From Auanema rhodensis (lineage: Eukaryota; Animalia; Nematoda), in the NCBI GenBank assembly GCA_964057225.1, contig OZ059899.1, positions 13,702,001 to 13,766,000 on the forward strand: DNA of 64,000 nt, read 5' to 3'. The notes beneath the pieces were generated by a model that was not told the origin of the DNA, made no database searches, and saw nothing but the letters and a program-made list of their open reading frames with translations. Made by a program: the position numbers and the translations under genes. Shown piece after piece: positions 12,986 through 27,519 of the stretch; the first letter of the stretch is position 1; every line of letters begins with the position of its first letter.

Positions 12986-14326
12986 CTAAATTTAGTTTGA
13001 GGTTTGTATTGGAAGTTGCCACAAGCGGTTTTGGCAATTAAGTTGAAATGGCTGTGAAGCAATTGAAAAAGTAAAGAAAAGCTAGGAAATTGTTTGAAAA
13101 GTTTGGGGGCTTTCATTGCTTTGCTCTGGTTCGGTCAAACGCTTTTATTGTTTCGAATGGGAGGAAAACGCGGTTAGGTCAACTGCCTCTCAATGAAATC
13201 CTTGAAATATGTATTTCTATGAGTATCTAAGCTTGGGAGTACCGGAAACACGTTTTTTTTCTGGGACGAAGTCGGAAATATGTTAAGAAAAATAAATAGT
13301 AGGTCATAAATAAGGGCCAACTATGCCCAGAAACATGGAAGTCTTCATCATTCTCATAGCAATTTAGTCATCGCGTGCTAAAGTTGAATATGGTATGCCA
13401 TGCATAAGTTCGAAATAGACAAACACCGATATGAAAAGAACCGTTTATGCAGAATAAGTTATGTTTTATAACATCAAAAACAGAATAAGACACTGATTCT
13501 ATCAAAAAAGTGAAAATTTACAACTTGAAGTAGTGACTATATAAAACTTCACAATATATTTGTGCACTATCACAGACAGAAAGCGAAGAAAAGTGAACAG
13601 AGGATCTTATTGAAGGTGTTGAAATTAGAGCTGCCTTCAGTTAATACATTCGCGGGTCCGCACAATAAATCTGTTTCTATAATCTATGAAAACAACTGAT
13701 ATGATTAAGAATGAGAAAGAAAAGCGGACAGGACGGGGAAAAAAGTTAACATGTGCTGGTCATGAGGGATTCGTACCAATTAAGTATAAATAGAAATGTT
13801 ACAGGCTAATTAATTTTCTGAGAGAAACAAACACAAACAAACAGAAAAAACGATTACGGATCATCCTAATGCATAAAGCAAAAGGAGCGATATGTAATTT
13901 CAGTAAGAGTTCCCTTATTTGACAGCCAAATTACAAATTAGGGCGTTAATAGAGATGATGAGCATTAAATGCAGAAAACACGAATAACCCATATTTTGCC
14001 AATTAATCGACAAGTTGAAAGAGGCTCCAGTTAGGGCCGCAGGTACATTACTGGCGGAAACTAAAAATGGAATTCAAACTACAAAACCTAGTACATAACG
14101 ATGCCAAATTTCCTATACTCTTATTTTCAAAAAGACGACTGCAGGTAGAGTTCGTAGAGTAGAAAACCGTAATAAATGACAACATGAACAGCCAAGGGAT
14201 TCGTTGATTTCTGCTAAAGCAATCGGTAGCAGAGAACCTGCTGCTGACTCGTTTTGCCTTAATGATTAAGAGCAGGAGACATGGAAGAAGCTGATGTATC
14301 CAATAAAACATTTGAGATGCATGCAA

Positions 14327-16406
<2,080 letters not shown>

Positions 16407-19400
16407 TTTGGAACTACTAGTGTTTCAGAAGATATGTTCCAGATGAATAACGGCAGATGATTGATAAGAATAATCAGAAGAATTTCAAGCAAAGATTGTT
16501 GATTGTAGAAAAAATAATAAAATGGAAAATGTTGGCACACAGAATTCAAATACTAGATCAGCATACAGAAAAGTTGTATCAAGACAAAGCAGAAGTCGTT
16601 CGTAGAACTAATTAGAACTCAGAGACCCATAATGTGGCCTGAACCTGCAACCTAAAAATGGAAAAATCAAAGAACGAAATAACGAATAATTTATGGACAA
16701 TAATTAATGAAACGTTTGTAAGAACTAACGAAGTATAAAGATGATAAAAATGCCGCAGGCAACAACAAAGCATGCAATAGACTGTGAGATAGAATGTGGA
16801 AGAGCAGATGAGTGGCCAAATGCAAACAGAAAACACATCAGCAATAGGATAGAATGAGAATTGCAATCGAAGACACATTAAAAAGAAACTGAGAGAAGAA
16901 TAATAACTACCTCATTAGAAGCTTTAAGCACTGCACTTGTGATTATCCGGCATGATTCCCTTAGGAGAATAACGAATGAAGTGGGGGTGAACAACAGGCA
17001 TCCACAAACGCAACCGCTTCATAGGATAATTAATATTAAAATGATAAGCAACATGGGAAAATACATAAAGGTGGGAAAGCTTTTCACAGGTACTTAATTC
17101 AAAATTGAATAACATTGTCTATTTCCAACTGAACGATTTTCAAAATAAAAATAAGCGAAATACAACTAGAAAAACAAAAAAAAATTTTAAAATTGGCATT
17201 ATATTAGTGTGTGCGCCCGTGTATTTCTGTGACTCATACATATTTGTATTCGTCACAAAATCTTAAATCGATAACGGCACTAAATCCTTAAAAGGAAAAC
17301 TTTCAGGGATCAGCTCATTTCAAAGGCGATTTGTTGATATGGAAATCAGGATAATTCTCCCCCCCCCCCTGAAGCCTATCTCATTCGTCAGATGTTGCAG
17401 GCCTACGAGAAGGACAAAATTTAAAGACGTGTTCCAAGTACAACTGCAGCACGATCAAAAGAAAATCGTATTGGCGGAGAGTAGAATTTGAAAAAATCTA
17501 AATTTTTCCTATAAAGAGGACGCAGATGCTTTTTTTTTCTTATGGCAGAAGCACTAAGTGAGCTAACAGAATTTGGAAACGGATGCAGAGTAACATCATG
17601 GAGGCACAACGTGGCATTCCAAGAAGTAATATGAAATGTCGAACGGATATTTAGGAACAATGAAAACAAGAAAGTTAGCAATATAATTTGACTATGGAAA
17701 ACAATAGGGGAAAGTAAAGAACTTTTTGTGTATGTGAGAATGTTGATGGCTCGAAGATGACTACTGAATGAGCATTCAGTGGAAAGCATAACCACCAACT
17801 AGGCTTCGAATAGTTAATCAGAAAAGGAGTATTTTAGTTTGCTTACTAGCTTCAAGCTTTCGTTTTAGCATTTACTTAAACGGTGTATATCCAACTTCGA
17901 GAGTACAATTCCATTAAGCTTAAATAGTCGAACAAAACAGTTGGGGCTTAGAATGTGAAGGAGAAAAAAAAACGAAGCAATTCTAATTATTCGCAACAAT
18001 TTGAAACAACTTTACTGCGGAAAGATATGGCAAAATGATGAATTTTTCGGAAAAAAAGTTTGACTGGTCATGTCAATGGTCGTTTCGCAAAGAAAATATC
18101 AAATCAGATGCTGGTTTCTCTACTTCTCTCATAAACAGTAGTTTTAAAGAGGAAATACTCTCTTGAACAAGTTAAGATGATAAAACACATGTTGAAGAGG
18201 AAAGGAGAGGTTATTTCGGAAGCAAAAGATGGTGACGCAAAAGAAATCAAACGGAAAATGTAGGTTGTACAGTGTATTGACAGAAGGTCGGTCGGCAAAG
18301 CTTTCAGCTGAAAGATTGTGAGGAGGGAAATATATGAAGTAATAAGGTATTAAAAACGTATTCAAGCTTATAAGTTAGTATTGCAGGTGATATAAAGAGT
18401 AATTCTTGAAATTTAAATATTATAAAGAATACTGCACTTCTGCAGCGACAATTGATTCATATTGGGTGTTGAGCGTGTTTGATTTAAAATTTATATTTTA
18501 GTGTCAATGACGGAAAATAAGAAAAAATGGAAAATCGGGTGATTTCCAGAAGCTCGGAACACCACCAAGAACTCATATTGGGTTAACATGAGTGCCAAGA
18601 GAGAGGGAAAGAGAGAGGCAAAAAAACAGGCGAAGAGAAGCCAGATAAACTTTATAAGACGAAGCCTAAGGGCAGATGTAGACATTGGAAGTTTAGTCTA
18701 AACCTTGCTTCGCTTACTTTGGATGGAGTTTGAGCTGAGGAGAGGTGGAAGGAATGAAAAAGAGAACAGAAGATGGAGAGAGAGAGAAAGAGGAGATGGA
18801 AGAGAAAGAGGTACATGCAGATTTATTAAGTATGTTTTGATAAATCTGAGAATATATTCCTTCTGAAATATACCAAGTGAGTAAACATGCTGAAGAGAAG
18901 TAATACAAAAAAGAAATGAGTAGGAATAACTAATTAAAAGGAGAAAGAAACGCATTGCTTCATGGATAGTAAAAGTGAGAGAAGTAGAACGATGGAAAGA
19001 TAATAACGGATTGCGAGAGGGATAGAGATAGAAAGGGAAAAAGAGAGAGGAAAAGAAAATAGAACAGCAAAAAAGAAAGAAGGAAAGGAGTAAAAGGGAT
19101 AAGGCTTGAAGTATAAGGAGGATATGAGTAGGAGAGAAGAATTGTCAAAAGAATAACTGATCACGCAAAAATTGGAAGCAAATTAACAGGAAACGAAAAA
19201 GGTCGTTAAGGAGAGGACGAATTTCATTAAGCTTATACTCATGATGGAACATGTGCATTCACTGACGGATATCTACATAAGAAAAAAGAAAATGAAACAA
19301 GGTTATTGGTACTCTTCGCCAATTTTTTGAGGAGAGAAAAGAGCTCATTTGGAGAAAAAAACAAAAACGACTTCTTGGGATGGAGAAGAAGTTTCTTGTT

Positions 19401-20469
19401 GAGCTAGAAGATGCAAACGATAAGTAAACGAGAAGGTAGTATAGCTCAAGGAACATGATGTGATACCGATAAGCATTAGAGGTTGAACATACAGATAAAT
19501 AATAAAACAAAGAAATAGAGTTGATAAATACTTGACTTTGAAATAATAAGTCAGAAGACGATGTTTGTCTTTTGAGTGGAACCAAAAAGGGTAAAAAAGC
19601 AAGCAAAAAGTCAGGAGATAAACAACCATCGACCTGTTTTTTGAGCTAGAGACAAAGAATAGTAGAATAAAAATACTATAGCATATCAAAAAGTTGAAAA
19701 TGGAAGCTCTTTAAGCATCTGTCGACTAAAGCATATCACGATATGGCTTTGCAGATTTGTATGTGAGGGATGGAGTACGCATTAATGTAAAGTAGAGAGA
19801 ATATGCAAAGAGAACTTCGGAGAGAACAAGTCCAATATATAGTAAGGATAAGAGAAAAAGATATAAACACAGAATGAAGCCATTTGAAAATCAAGATTAA
19901 CGCTGAGAATTAACAAGCTGGCTAAGATATCTGTTGTCAATGGATGCTCATATCACACAGAAATTTTGACAGATGAAAACAAGCGTCTAAAAAGAAAATA
20001 AGACGACACAAAGTCAAAAATTGTTGGTTTGGATTATCAACAAGCATGCGCTTATTGGGCAAGCAAAATGCTTAACAAGAAGCAGTACTACTAGAAAAGA
20101 GGAAGATATTTTGTGAGAGTCTGATGGCTAATTAAGCTGCCGATAAAGAGGAATCAATAATTCCAAAAGGGAGATTTTGTTGCATTTTGGAAGGGGGGGG
20201 GGAGAATTTGGATTTGCTCAGTAGAAGCTCTAACAACTACGAAATAATGTTTAAATATAATATAACAATTGAAAACTTAGTAGAAAAGGCAAAAGTGATT
20301 AGAAATACGAAGGTTAGAGGAATTACAGCCTAATGAATTAAATAACAACGATGAGGATGAAACAGACGAAAACGAAATTAAAATGAGAGTACACCAACAT
20401 AGAGAGAATAGAAGAAGGTGAAAATGAGAGAAAACTAAGAGGAGAGAAATAGAAAGAGGAAATAACCAC

Positions 20470-20494
20470 AGAGAGAGAGAGAGAGAGAGAGAGA
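20470..20494. repeat. (GA)n microsatellite
   Basis: Perfect GA run. Similar runs occur near 57792-57816, 58398-58441, 59948-59991 and 60256-60277. Confidence 0.9.
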
Positions 20495-23400
20495 AATAGT
20501 GAGAGCGGGGGAAGATGAACAGGATGATGCATGATGAATGTAAGCAATATATACGGAGGACCCATAATTGTCTTCAGTGATGGACAGTAATATTGATAAA
20601 AGGCAATGCTGATTCATGACAAATTACAAAGAACATAACTGGTATATCTTAGTTTATAGAAAACAAAATAATAATAAGTATATGAAAAGAAAGAGAAAGA
20701 AACAGAGAGAAAGTCAAGGGGGGAACAGAGAAACAAAAAAAGAAAGAGGGAAAAGGAAGAAAGGGAAAAGAGAGAGAGAAGAGAAAGAGAAGAAAAACGA
20801 GGAATTGGTGGAAGAAAAACTATCACATTTTGAAACAGAAATGATTGGATTGCAGCATACGAGAGAGAGAGAGAATTTATGAAATTTTTGACAACATTTT
20901 GAAAGAAGACGACGAAGACAAAAATTAAATAAGGAAATGACAAGCGGAAAACGGAATGGAGGAGCATGTGAATGAACGACATTGATGTGGATAGAAAAAA
21001 AGGAAACTGAAACACATTGCGGCTATTTGGGACAAAAGAGCTAACGATGGCTATGCTAGTTATATAGGAACGCCGAGCAGTATAAATTGAAAAGGAACGC
21101 TTATGCGATGATGTTGAAGACGACATGTGGAGGAACGCAGATCGAGGTGACGACCAGAGAAACGATGGTGATGGTCATGTTGATGAAGATGATGACGATG
21201 ATGAAGGTGATGATGATGATGATGGAGGAAAGGAAAAGAAACTATGTGGTATCACCATATAAGGGAATAGTAGGCACAACGAAAAAGAGAAAGGTCGTCC
21301 ATCGGGCAGTATGAGAAGTCAACCAACCAGCCAGCAGACAGCCCTATAGCAGGTGGACGACAGTCATCGATCGATACAAAGGCATACACATATAGAGAGA
21401 GAAAGAGAAAAAGAGAACGAAAAGACAGGAGAGACAAACATACACATAAGCACATCTATACAGATAGATAGATCATACAGACTCAAGAGAGGACAGCAAA
21501 AGGTCAGACGATCCAGATAATAGACCATGCATTCTATAGAGATGAGAGAGAACTAGAAAAACCAGTGACGATGAGACCTTACTTACCTACTACTATACCC
21601 ACAACACCTTAAAGAGTTAGTTTTAGGTTCTCTTATTTCTTTGTGCTATCTCGTTTCTTCTTTACTTCCCTTCCTCACCCTCTCTACGAGTCTCCTCCAA
21701 ACTCAATACAATATATTGGTCTCTCATTAAAAATCGACCGAAGATATGACGAGATAGTAACCTGAGAGTAGCCGCGGTAGGTTGACGATCGAGTCTAATC
21801 TCATCGATGTTCTGTCAGAGGGCTGGCACAGTAAAAGGGATACTCCAACTCGAACGCTATATGTAGTTTAGCACAGAACAGTACATTGAGATGAGAAGGA
21901 GGACAAGAATAGTTCAGTACATCATTCTTTTGGTATTATTGACAACATATGTTCATCATCATCATCGTGCTCACAGACAAACTATCGGGCAGTTCCTTTG
22001 AATTGACGAGGAAAAAACGCATCAAATGAACTTCGAACTTATTATACTGGATGGATTATTTATGGAAGTATGAGATAAAAAAGGTTTTATTATGAATTCA
22101 GATATGTCCTGCTTAGTGAATAGAAGGAATTTACATGAGGACATGAAATCCTATTCATTCTTCTTCATTCAGTGCAACTGATATGCAAGTCGCCATATAG
22201 GGCAGCATGGTAGCGATTTCACGCCGAGAACCGTTTGAATGGAATTCAAATCATATACGAACATATTAATATTCATCGAAAGTATCATTGATATAATAAA
22301 GAGAAATGCATCTCAAATGTTTATGAAAAGTTTATATGATTAGATATATATTATATTCTGAATAGTTTGTCATTAAGCCTCATTAGGCCTTCTATGCAAA
22401 TATGAAGCTAAGCCAGATCAGAAAAGAAAAATGGTGTCCTGTTCAGTTGGTAGTATCAACCATCTAATTCTCTTCAAACATATATTTTATTTTATAGTCA
22501 AATAGTTTCATAACAAAGATAGAGTAAAACTATGTAGCATTTCAGGGGTTTGGAATCATCAGATTAAAGTTGTTAAAAAAACATACGGGTTGATCAAAAT
22601 AGTAGGAGAGCGAGCATGAGAGGAAAAATTTGAAAATAAGTAAAGAGAAAGAGACACAAGGAAAATGGTTGAATGAACGAGTGATATGAGGATCAAAAGG
22701 AAGGGAAAATAAGTTCAATGGGGCAAATAGAAAGAACATGATTGATATTAAATTTCAAAAAAATTATGTTATAATCGTATAGAATTATCACATTTGGCTC
22801 ATATTATAGTTGAGAGGCTAAATGAAAATAAATTAAATAACAAGAAGTTCATAATAGGTACTTGTTGTTTACATTTCTAATATAACGCTGAATGATTCGA
22901 ACAAAAAAAATAATTTAAATATACAGCTTGTAATAATAATAGTTTGCATGTTGAGCGTCACTTTTCAAAATCATTTAAAATGTGGTGAAGCATTTGGGCG
23001 GTTGTTTTATCGAGAAGCATTATAAAGAGTATCAATCAAGAAACATTTCAAAATTAAATGTGCATGAAGAGCGACTATATACTGGGTTAACACTGAAGAA
23101 AAGAATACTCAGAGCACAAGAAAAACTCATATACACTGATAACGAAGACATGATCAACAGGGTTCACGGCATCATTGCACAATTAAGAAAGTTTACATCT
23201 TTATTCGAAATAGGTTTGTTACTTAATCATAGATAAACGTTGTTTATGATATTTTCTGAGATTGAAGTGAATACAAAGGTCAATAAGGACTATCATTCAA
23301 ATACATTAAGCTCATTAGTTATTTCGCTTGAAATTAATAAAATGAAAAAAAATCTTCTAATTTGTTAGAAATAGAAAAACCAATAAAGGAAGAATAGGAT

Positions 23401-24107
23401 TAGAAATTGTAATTCAATTGTGCGAAAAATGAGAGTGCGACTAGGACAAAGTCTGAGGTCATTATCAATATTGACCAAACGAACCCTCACGGCTTGATCG
23501 AATTCTGCGCGAAAACAGAGCGAAGATCAGTTACATGTTTGGCTATAAAAACGCTCAAAGCAAAAGATAGAAAATGATTGGGTCAAAGGGATGGAAAGCG
23601 GATAAGAGCAAAATAGACAGATTCATCAGAGGGAGAGAACAGGGATGTAGAAACTGATGGAGGGATAGAAAAGTAGAGTAGATGATAGAAGTGGAGTTCA
23701 GAGTCAGAGCGAATATTCAGAAATCAGGCAGCCGAATACCACATGTAATATCTACAGATACCGAATGTCTGTGTTTGAATCCAATCTTCTTACGTAAGGT
23801 AAGAAAGATGACAGATGTAATATTGTTTAAGCATATTTTCAGTGCCCCGAAGGGCCACTTAGCGCAACATCGAAAGTATATGAAGATTTTGTAGTTTGTG
23901 AATATGAATTGATCGAATTTGGCTGAGGATATGACGGAGATTAACAGAGAATTATAAAAAGGAGATAAACATTTATGATTTGAGAAGCATTTCTGTACAT
24001 TATAAGAGAACAAGATATAACAAAAACAACAAAAAACAACAAAAATCTATAGTCTGGGACCCTATCTGAATTAGATTTATTTCTACTCATCCTACGTAAT
24101 CTACTGA

Positions 24108-25629
24108 TTATTTGACTATTGGCTTTCCCCGGCCCGCCTTCTTGAACTGCTGAGCATCTTGTTCGCGGAGCTGAGCAATGGAAGGTGGAATCGTTTTATT
24201 AGCTGAAAGCATATTTGCTATTATAATTGCAACGATATATAAATAATTTATACCTTTCATGTTAGACATCAGTTGTTTGAAAGCTCCTTCTTTTTTCTTG
24301 GGAGTTTCATGCTTCACAACAGGTGGGATTTTGAAAAGCCTGGAATAATCAAATTATTATTGTCTATCCATTCATCAAAGTTTATACTTTCTGACAGCTT
24401 CGTTTCTGAACGCTCCAGCATAAACTAAAGATATCATATTTGAGGCACACCAATAAACACAAAGACCCTGGAAATTTTAATTGATAATAGAAAATTTCGT
24501 AAAAAAAACTTTAAGACATACCGATGCGAATTGAGAACTGACAGCAAAGATAACAACTGGTAAAGCATATTGCATACCAATTTTCATAGCAGGAGTCATT
24601 TGATCTGCAGATGTTCCCATCTCAATTCCAACCTGTGTCATCAGCTTGTTGATCATAATTATAAACTAGAACTTACTCTTGATACCATCGCCATTGTTGC
24701 TGCACTGATTAATGGCAAGGCATAGTATGGATCGCTCATAGTCAAATCCGTGAACCAAGCAGTACCTCCAGTTGATAATCCAGGATAATTAACCTTAAGA
24801 AAAAAGCATTACCGACTTATTGAGAACTTAGTATAACATACTACTATCATTTTTTTAATAGCAAAGAACTGCGTGGCAAAAACACCTCCGTTAGCCATCA
24901 AGATCATAAACTGACGACCTAATCTAATGTCTTTTGAACGAAGGAAATCTCTCTGTTCCAAGAAGATCTGTTGTTCTGTAAGAAAAGAAGACAGAATAAC
25001 GAAGTTGAAAAAATGCCATACGAAGCATGTTGTTTCCTTCCTTTCTAGCCTCCTCCATTCTCTCTCTGAACTCGTCAAGTTCCTTTTTGTATTGGGACTG
25101 TTTTGCAACTAATCTTTGCGACATAATAGGAACAATAATCAAAGCCAGACGTAAAGCAATAGTGGCTGAAATTCAATCAAGTTTAAAGGAAAAAACATTT
25201 GTAAAGCAATCACATACCACTAACGATGGTCGTCCACCAGGGAATATCAGCATAGTTGTGAATTCCTTCAAGGGCCATACGGAAATAACTTGAAGGCTTC
25301 CACCAAGATATCAATCCCAATTCACTCAGAACAGATTCACCACTCTAAAACACATTTGAACATAAATATTCTACAGAAAAGCTTACAGAAATCATTTCTT
25401 CGATGGTTTTTCCAGCCTCAGGTGGGAGTGGGGCAGTTGGAATATCAAATGAGGGCTAAACTTGAAATTATTCAAAAGAAAGAACTGGCGTTCCTACTGT
25501 TGAAGAAGTTGTATTGAATACATCATTCGATGAAATAGCTCTTGTCTGAGATCCAACAGCCAACGATCCATGACGCAGTACCTTAGAGAATACGAGTCCT
25601 CTGGCTGCAATACGAGGGACCGACAGCAT
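24108..25629 (-). CDS. oxa-1: Mitochondrial inner-membrane insertase OXA1 (YidC/Oxa1 family)
   Basis: Arg/Ser-rich presequence, [44 protein letters not shown]. Confidence 0.92.
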
Positions 25630-25777
25630 CTCTGGTCTAATTTGAAATTTAGTTAAATTAAAATTCATTTTTCTGAGAAAATATACTTCGTTTCAACGAA
25701 AATCATGAAAAATACTATACATATTATATATTTATCATGGTAGGAATTGAATATATACATGGAATATTATCATAATT

Positions 25778-26850
25778 TTAATAATATAATGGATTATATG
25801 TAACCCAATGAGATTGAGGTTTGTCCAGAGCTTCCTTTGACGTTGTGAATAGCTTCTTATAAACATCAGATTTGGATGGATCAGTTTGTATATCAGTATC
25901 AGCCTTTCTCTTTTCTGCTTTCTTTTTATCTTTATCTGAAAAATTGAAACTTAACTTTATATTTTACTGAAAACGCCCTTACCGTCACTCTTCTTTTCAT
26001 TTTTCTTTTCTGAAAGAAAAAAACAAATAATGAGAAATACTGCATATAATTATTGAATACTAACCATCTTGTTCTCCCTTCTTCTTGTTTTTCCTGCTTG
26101 CTCGCTCTTCTTCTAATCTTTTTTGATAAAGCTCTAACAGTTCTTCCTCAGGATTAAGTTGAATCGCTTCGTCTCGATTCCATTCGCCACCACATCCATG
26201 ACAAACGTCAGTTTTAACCTTCAATTTCATGATATACTTAATTATGCTTATTTTATTGGTTACTTCTTGTAAAGCTTTCTCAGAAAATACACAACCGCAC
26301 TTCCAGTTAACAAGGAAATTGTAATTTCCATTCATTGGGACAGCAGTTACTGGACATAAAAATTGTGTCTGCAAAAAACTTACAATTTTCTAAATGGCAC
26401 AAAAAAATAAAACCTGATTAACATCGAGATAAGAATCTCCTTTGACATCTGTATTTTCTCCCTTATAATCTTTATTATCCCTGAGGCGGAGCTCTTTGAA
26501 GTCCTGTTACAAAATGATATTAAAATTTTAATTTTATGAAATTAAAAATACCTTTGTTCCGCGAATATGAGAAGCGCTTTGGAAATTCTTAATAGTTTTA
26601 GTTAAGATAGCTTCAATAACAGCTTCTTTACTGTACAAACGTCCGAGACGACAAGCAATAATTGGTTTCTAAAATAAAGTTTCAATTAATCTTTGTTAGC
26701 TAATTCTAATTTTGCCTTCAAGGGTTGTTGAGTAAGCTGGCAATTTTTCCATTTCGTAGCATTTTTTACAGCTTTTTCAATCTTCTCAGCTTTCTTTTTG
26801 CTTTGAACAAGCTCACAACGCTTTGGAATAGTTCCTCCATCGGCTCCCAT
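25778..26850 (-). CDS. RTF2 (replication termination factor 2) RING-like protein
   Basis: MGADGGTIPKRCELV, PIIACRLGRLYSKEAVIE, FLCPVTAVPMNG...CGCVFSEKAL, C-terminal HWVTYNPLYY*. Confidence 0.93.
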
Positions 26851-27519
26851 AACGATACGCTTGCTAAATAATAAAATAAATTAAAAGTTACTGAACCTGA
26901 AAGAAAAATCGAGATATTACAATTGTAATATTTATAATTTTTCATGCATAGATTAATAAACCAAGGGAAAAACTACACTAAAGTTAGCTTAAGTAACAAG
27001 CCGAATATATCAACCGCATGAATACGTAGAGCAAATATACGCACTTTAGCTCCAACGTCTAAAAATAAAAATGATGGCCAGCTCAGAGTACAGACTATTG
27101 TATGCTTTGACTTATTTGGAAAAGAGTGATTCATTAGAAAAAAATATTGAATACAGGGCAAAAGTATTACATAACATTTATAAATGTATTTTTTTCAGTC
27201 ATATGATTGTTTTTTTCATAAACTTGTAGGAGATTAAAACATGTGATCAAGATTGACTATATTTGGAAAGCAATGTTTATCTATTTCCTGGGGAAATATT
27301 CTCTCTTGCAATTTAAGCTTCTTTAAAGCTATACTGAAATAACTTTCGAGCTCTATTGCTCTTGCACTTTAATATTACTCCCGCTTCAATTTGAATATTA
27401 GCCCGCCCACTGAAAATTAGCATATTGACTATAGACTTACATGAATTTGAATACTTTAACCCGCCTTCGGAAATCAAGATATCAGTTCTCCTGCTCAACC
27501 TTGAAATTAGTATATCACG

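Larger units (their letters stand above)
24108..26850 (-). other. Probable two-gene operon: RTF2 then oxa-1
   Basis: Same strand, about 150 nt from the RTF2 stop to the oxa-1 ATG, U-rich spacer and an acceptor just upstream of the ATG. Confidence 0.65.

Noticed and set aside
22374-22392. Short palindrome containing one TTAGGC, considered as a telomere-addition or DNA-elimination site
   Set aside because: A single hexamer and a 4-bp palindrome are expected by chance, and there is no telomeric array in the window.
16600-22800. Many Leu/Phe/Ser-rich minus-strand and Lys/Arg/Glu-rich plus-strand ORFs
   Set aside because: They arise from purine/pyrimidine strand bias and GA repeats, with no consistent splice structure or family motifs.
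23105-23180. C/D-box snoRNA-like arrangement on the minus strand (ATGATGC...CTGA)
   Set aside because: Imperfect box C, weak terminal stem and only 7-8 nt of possible rRNA complementarity.
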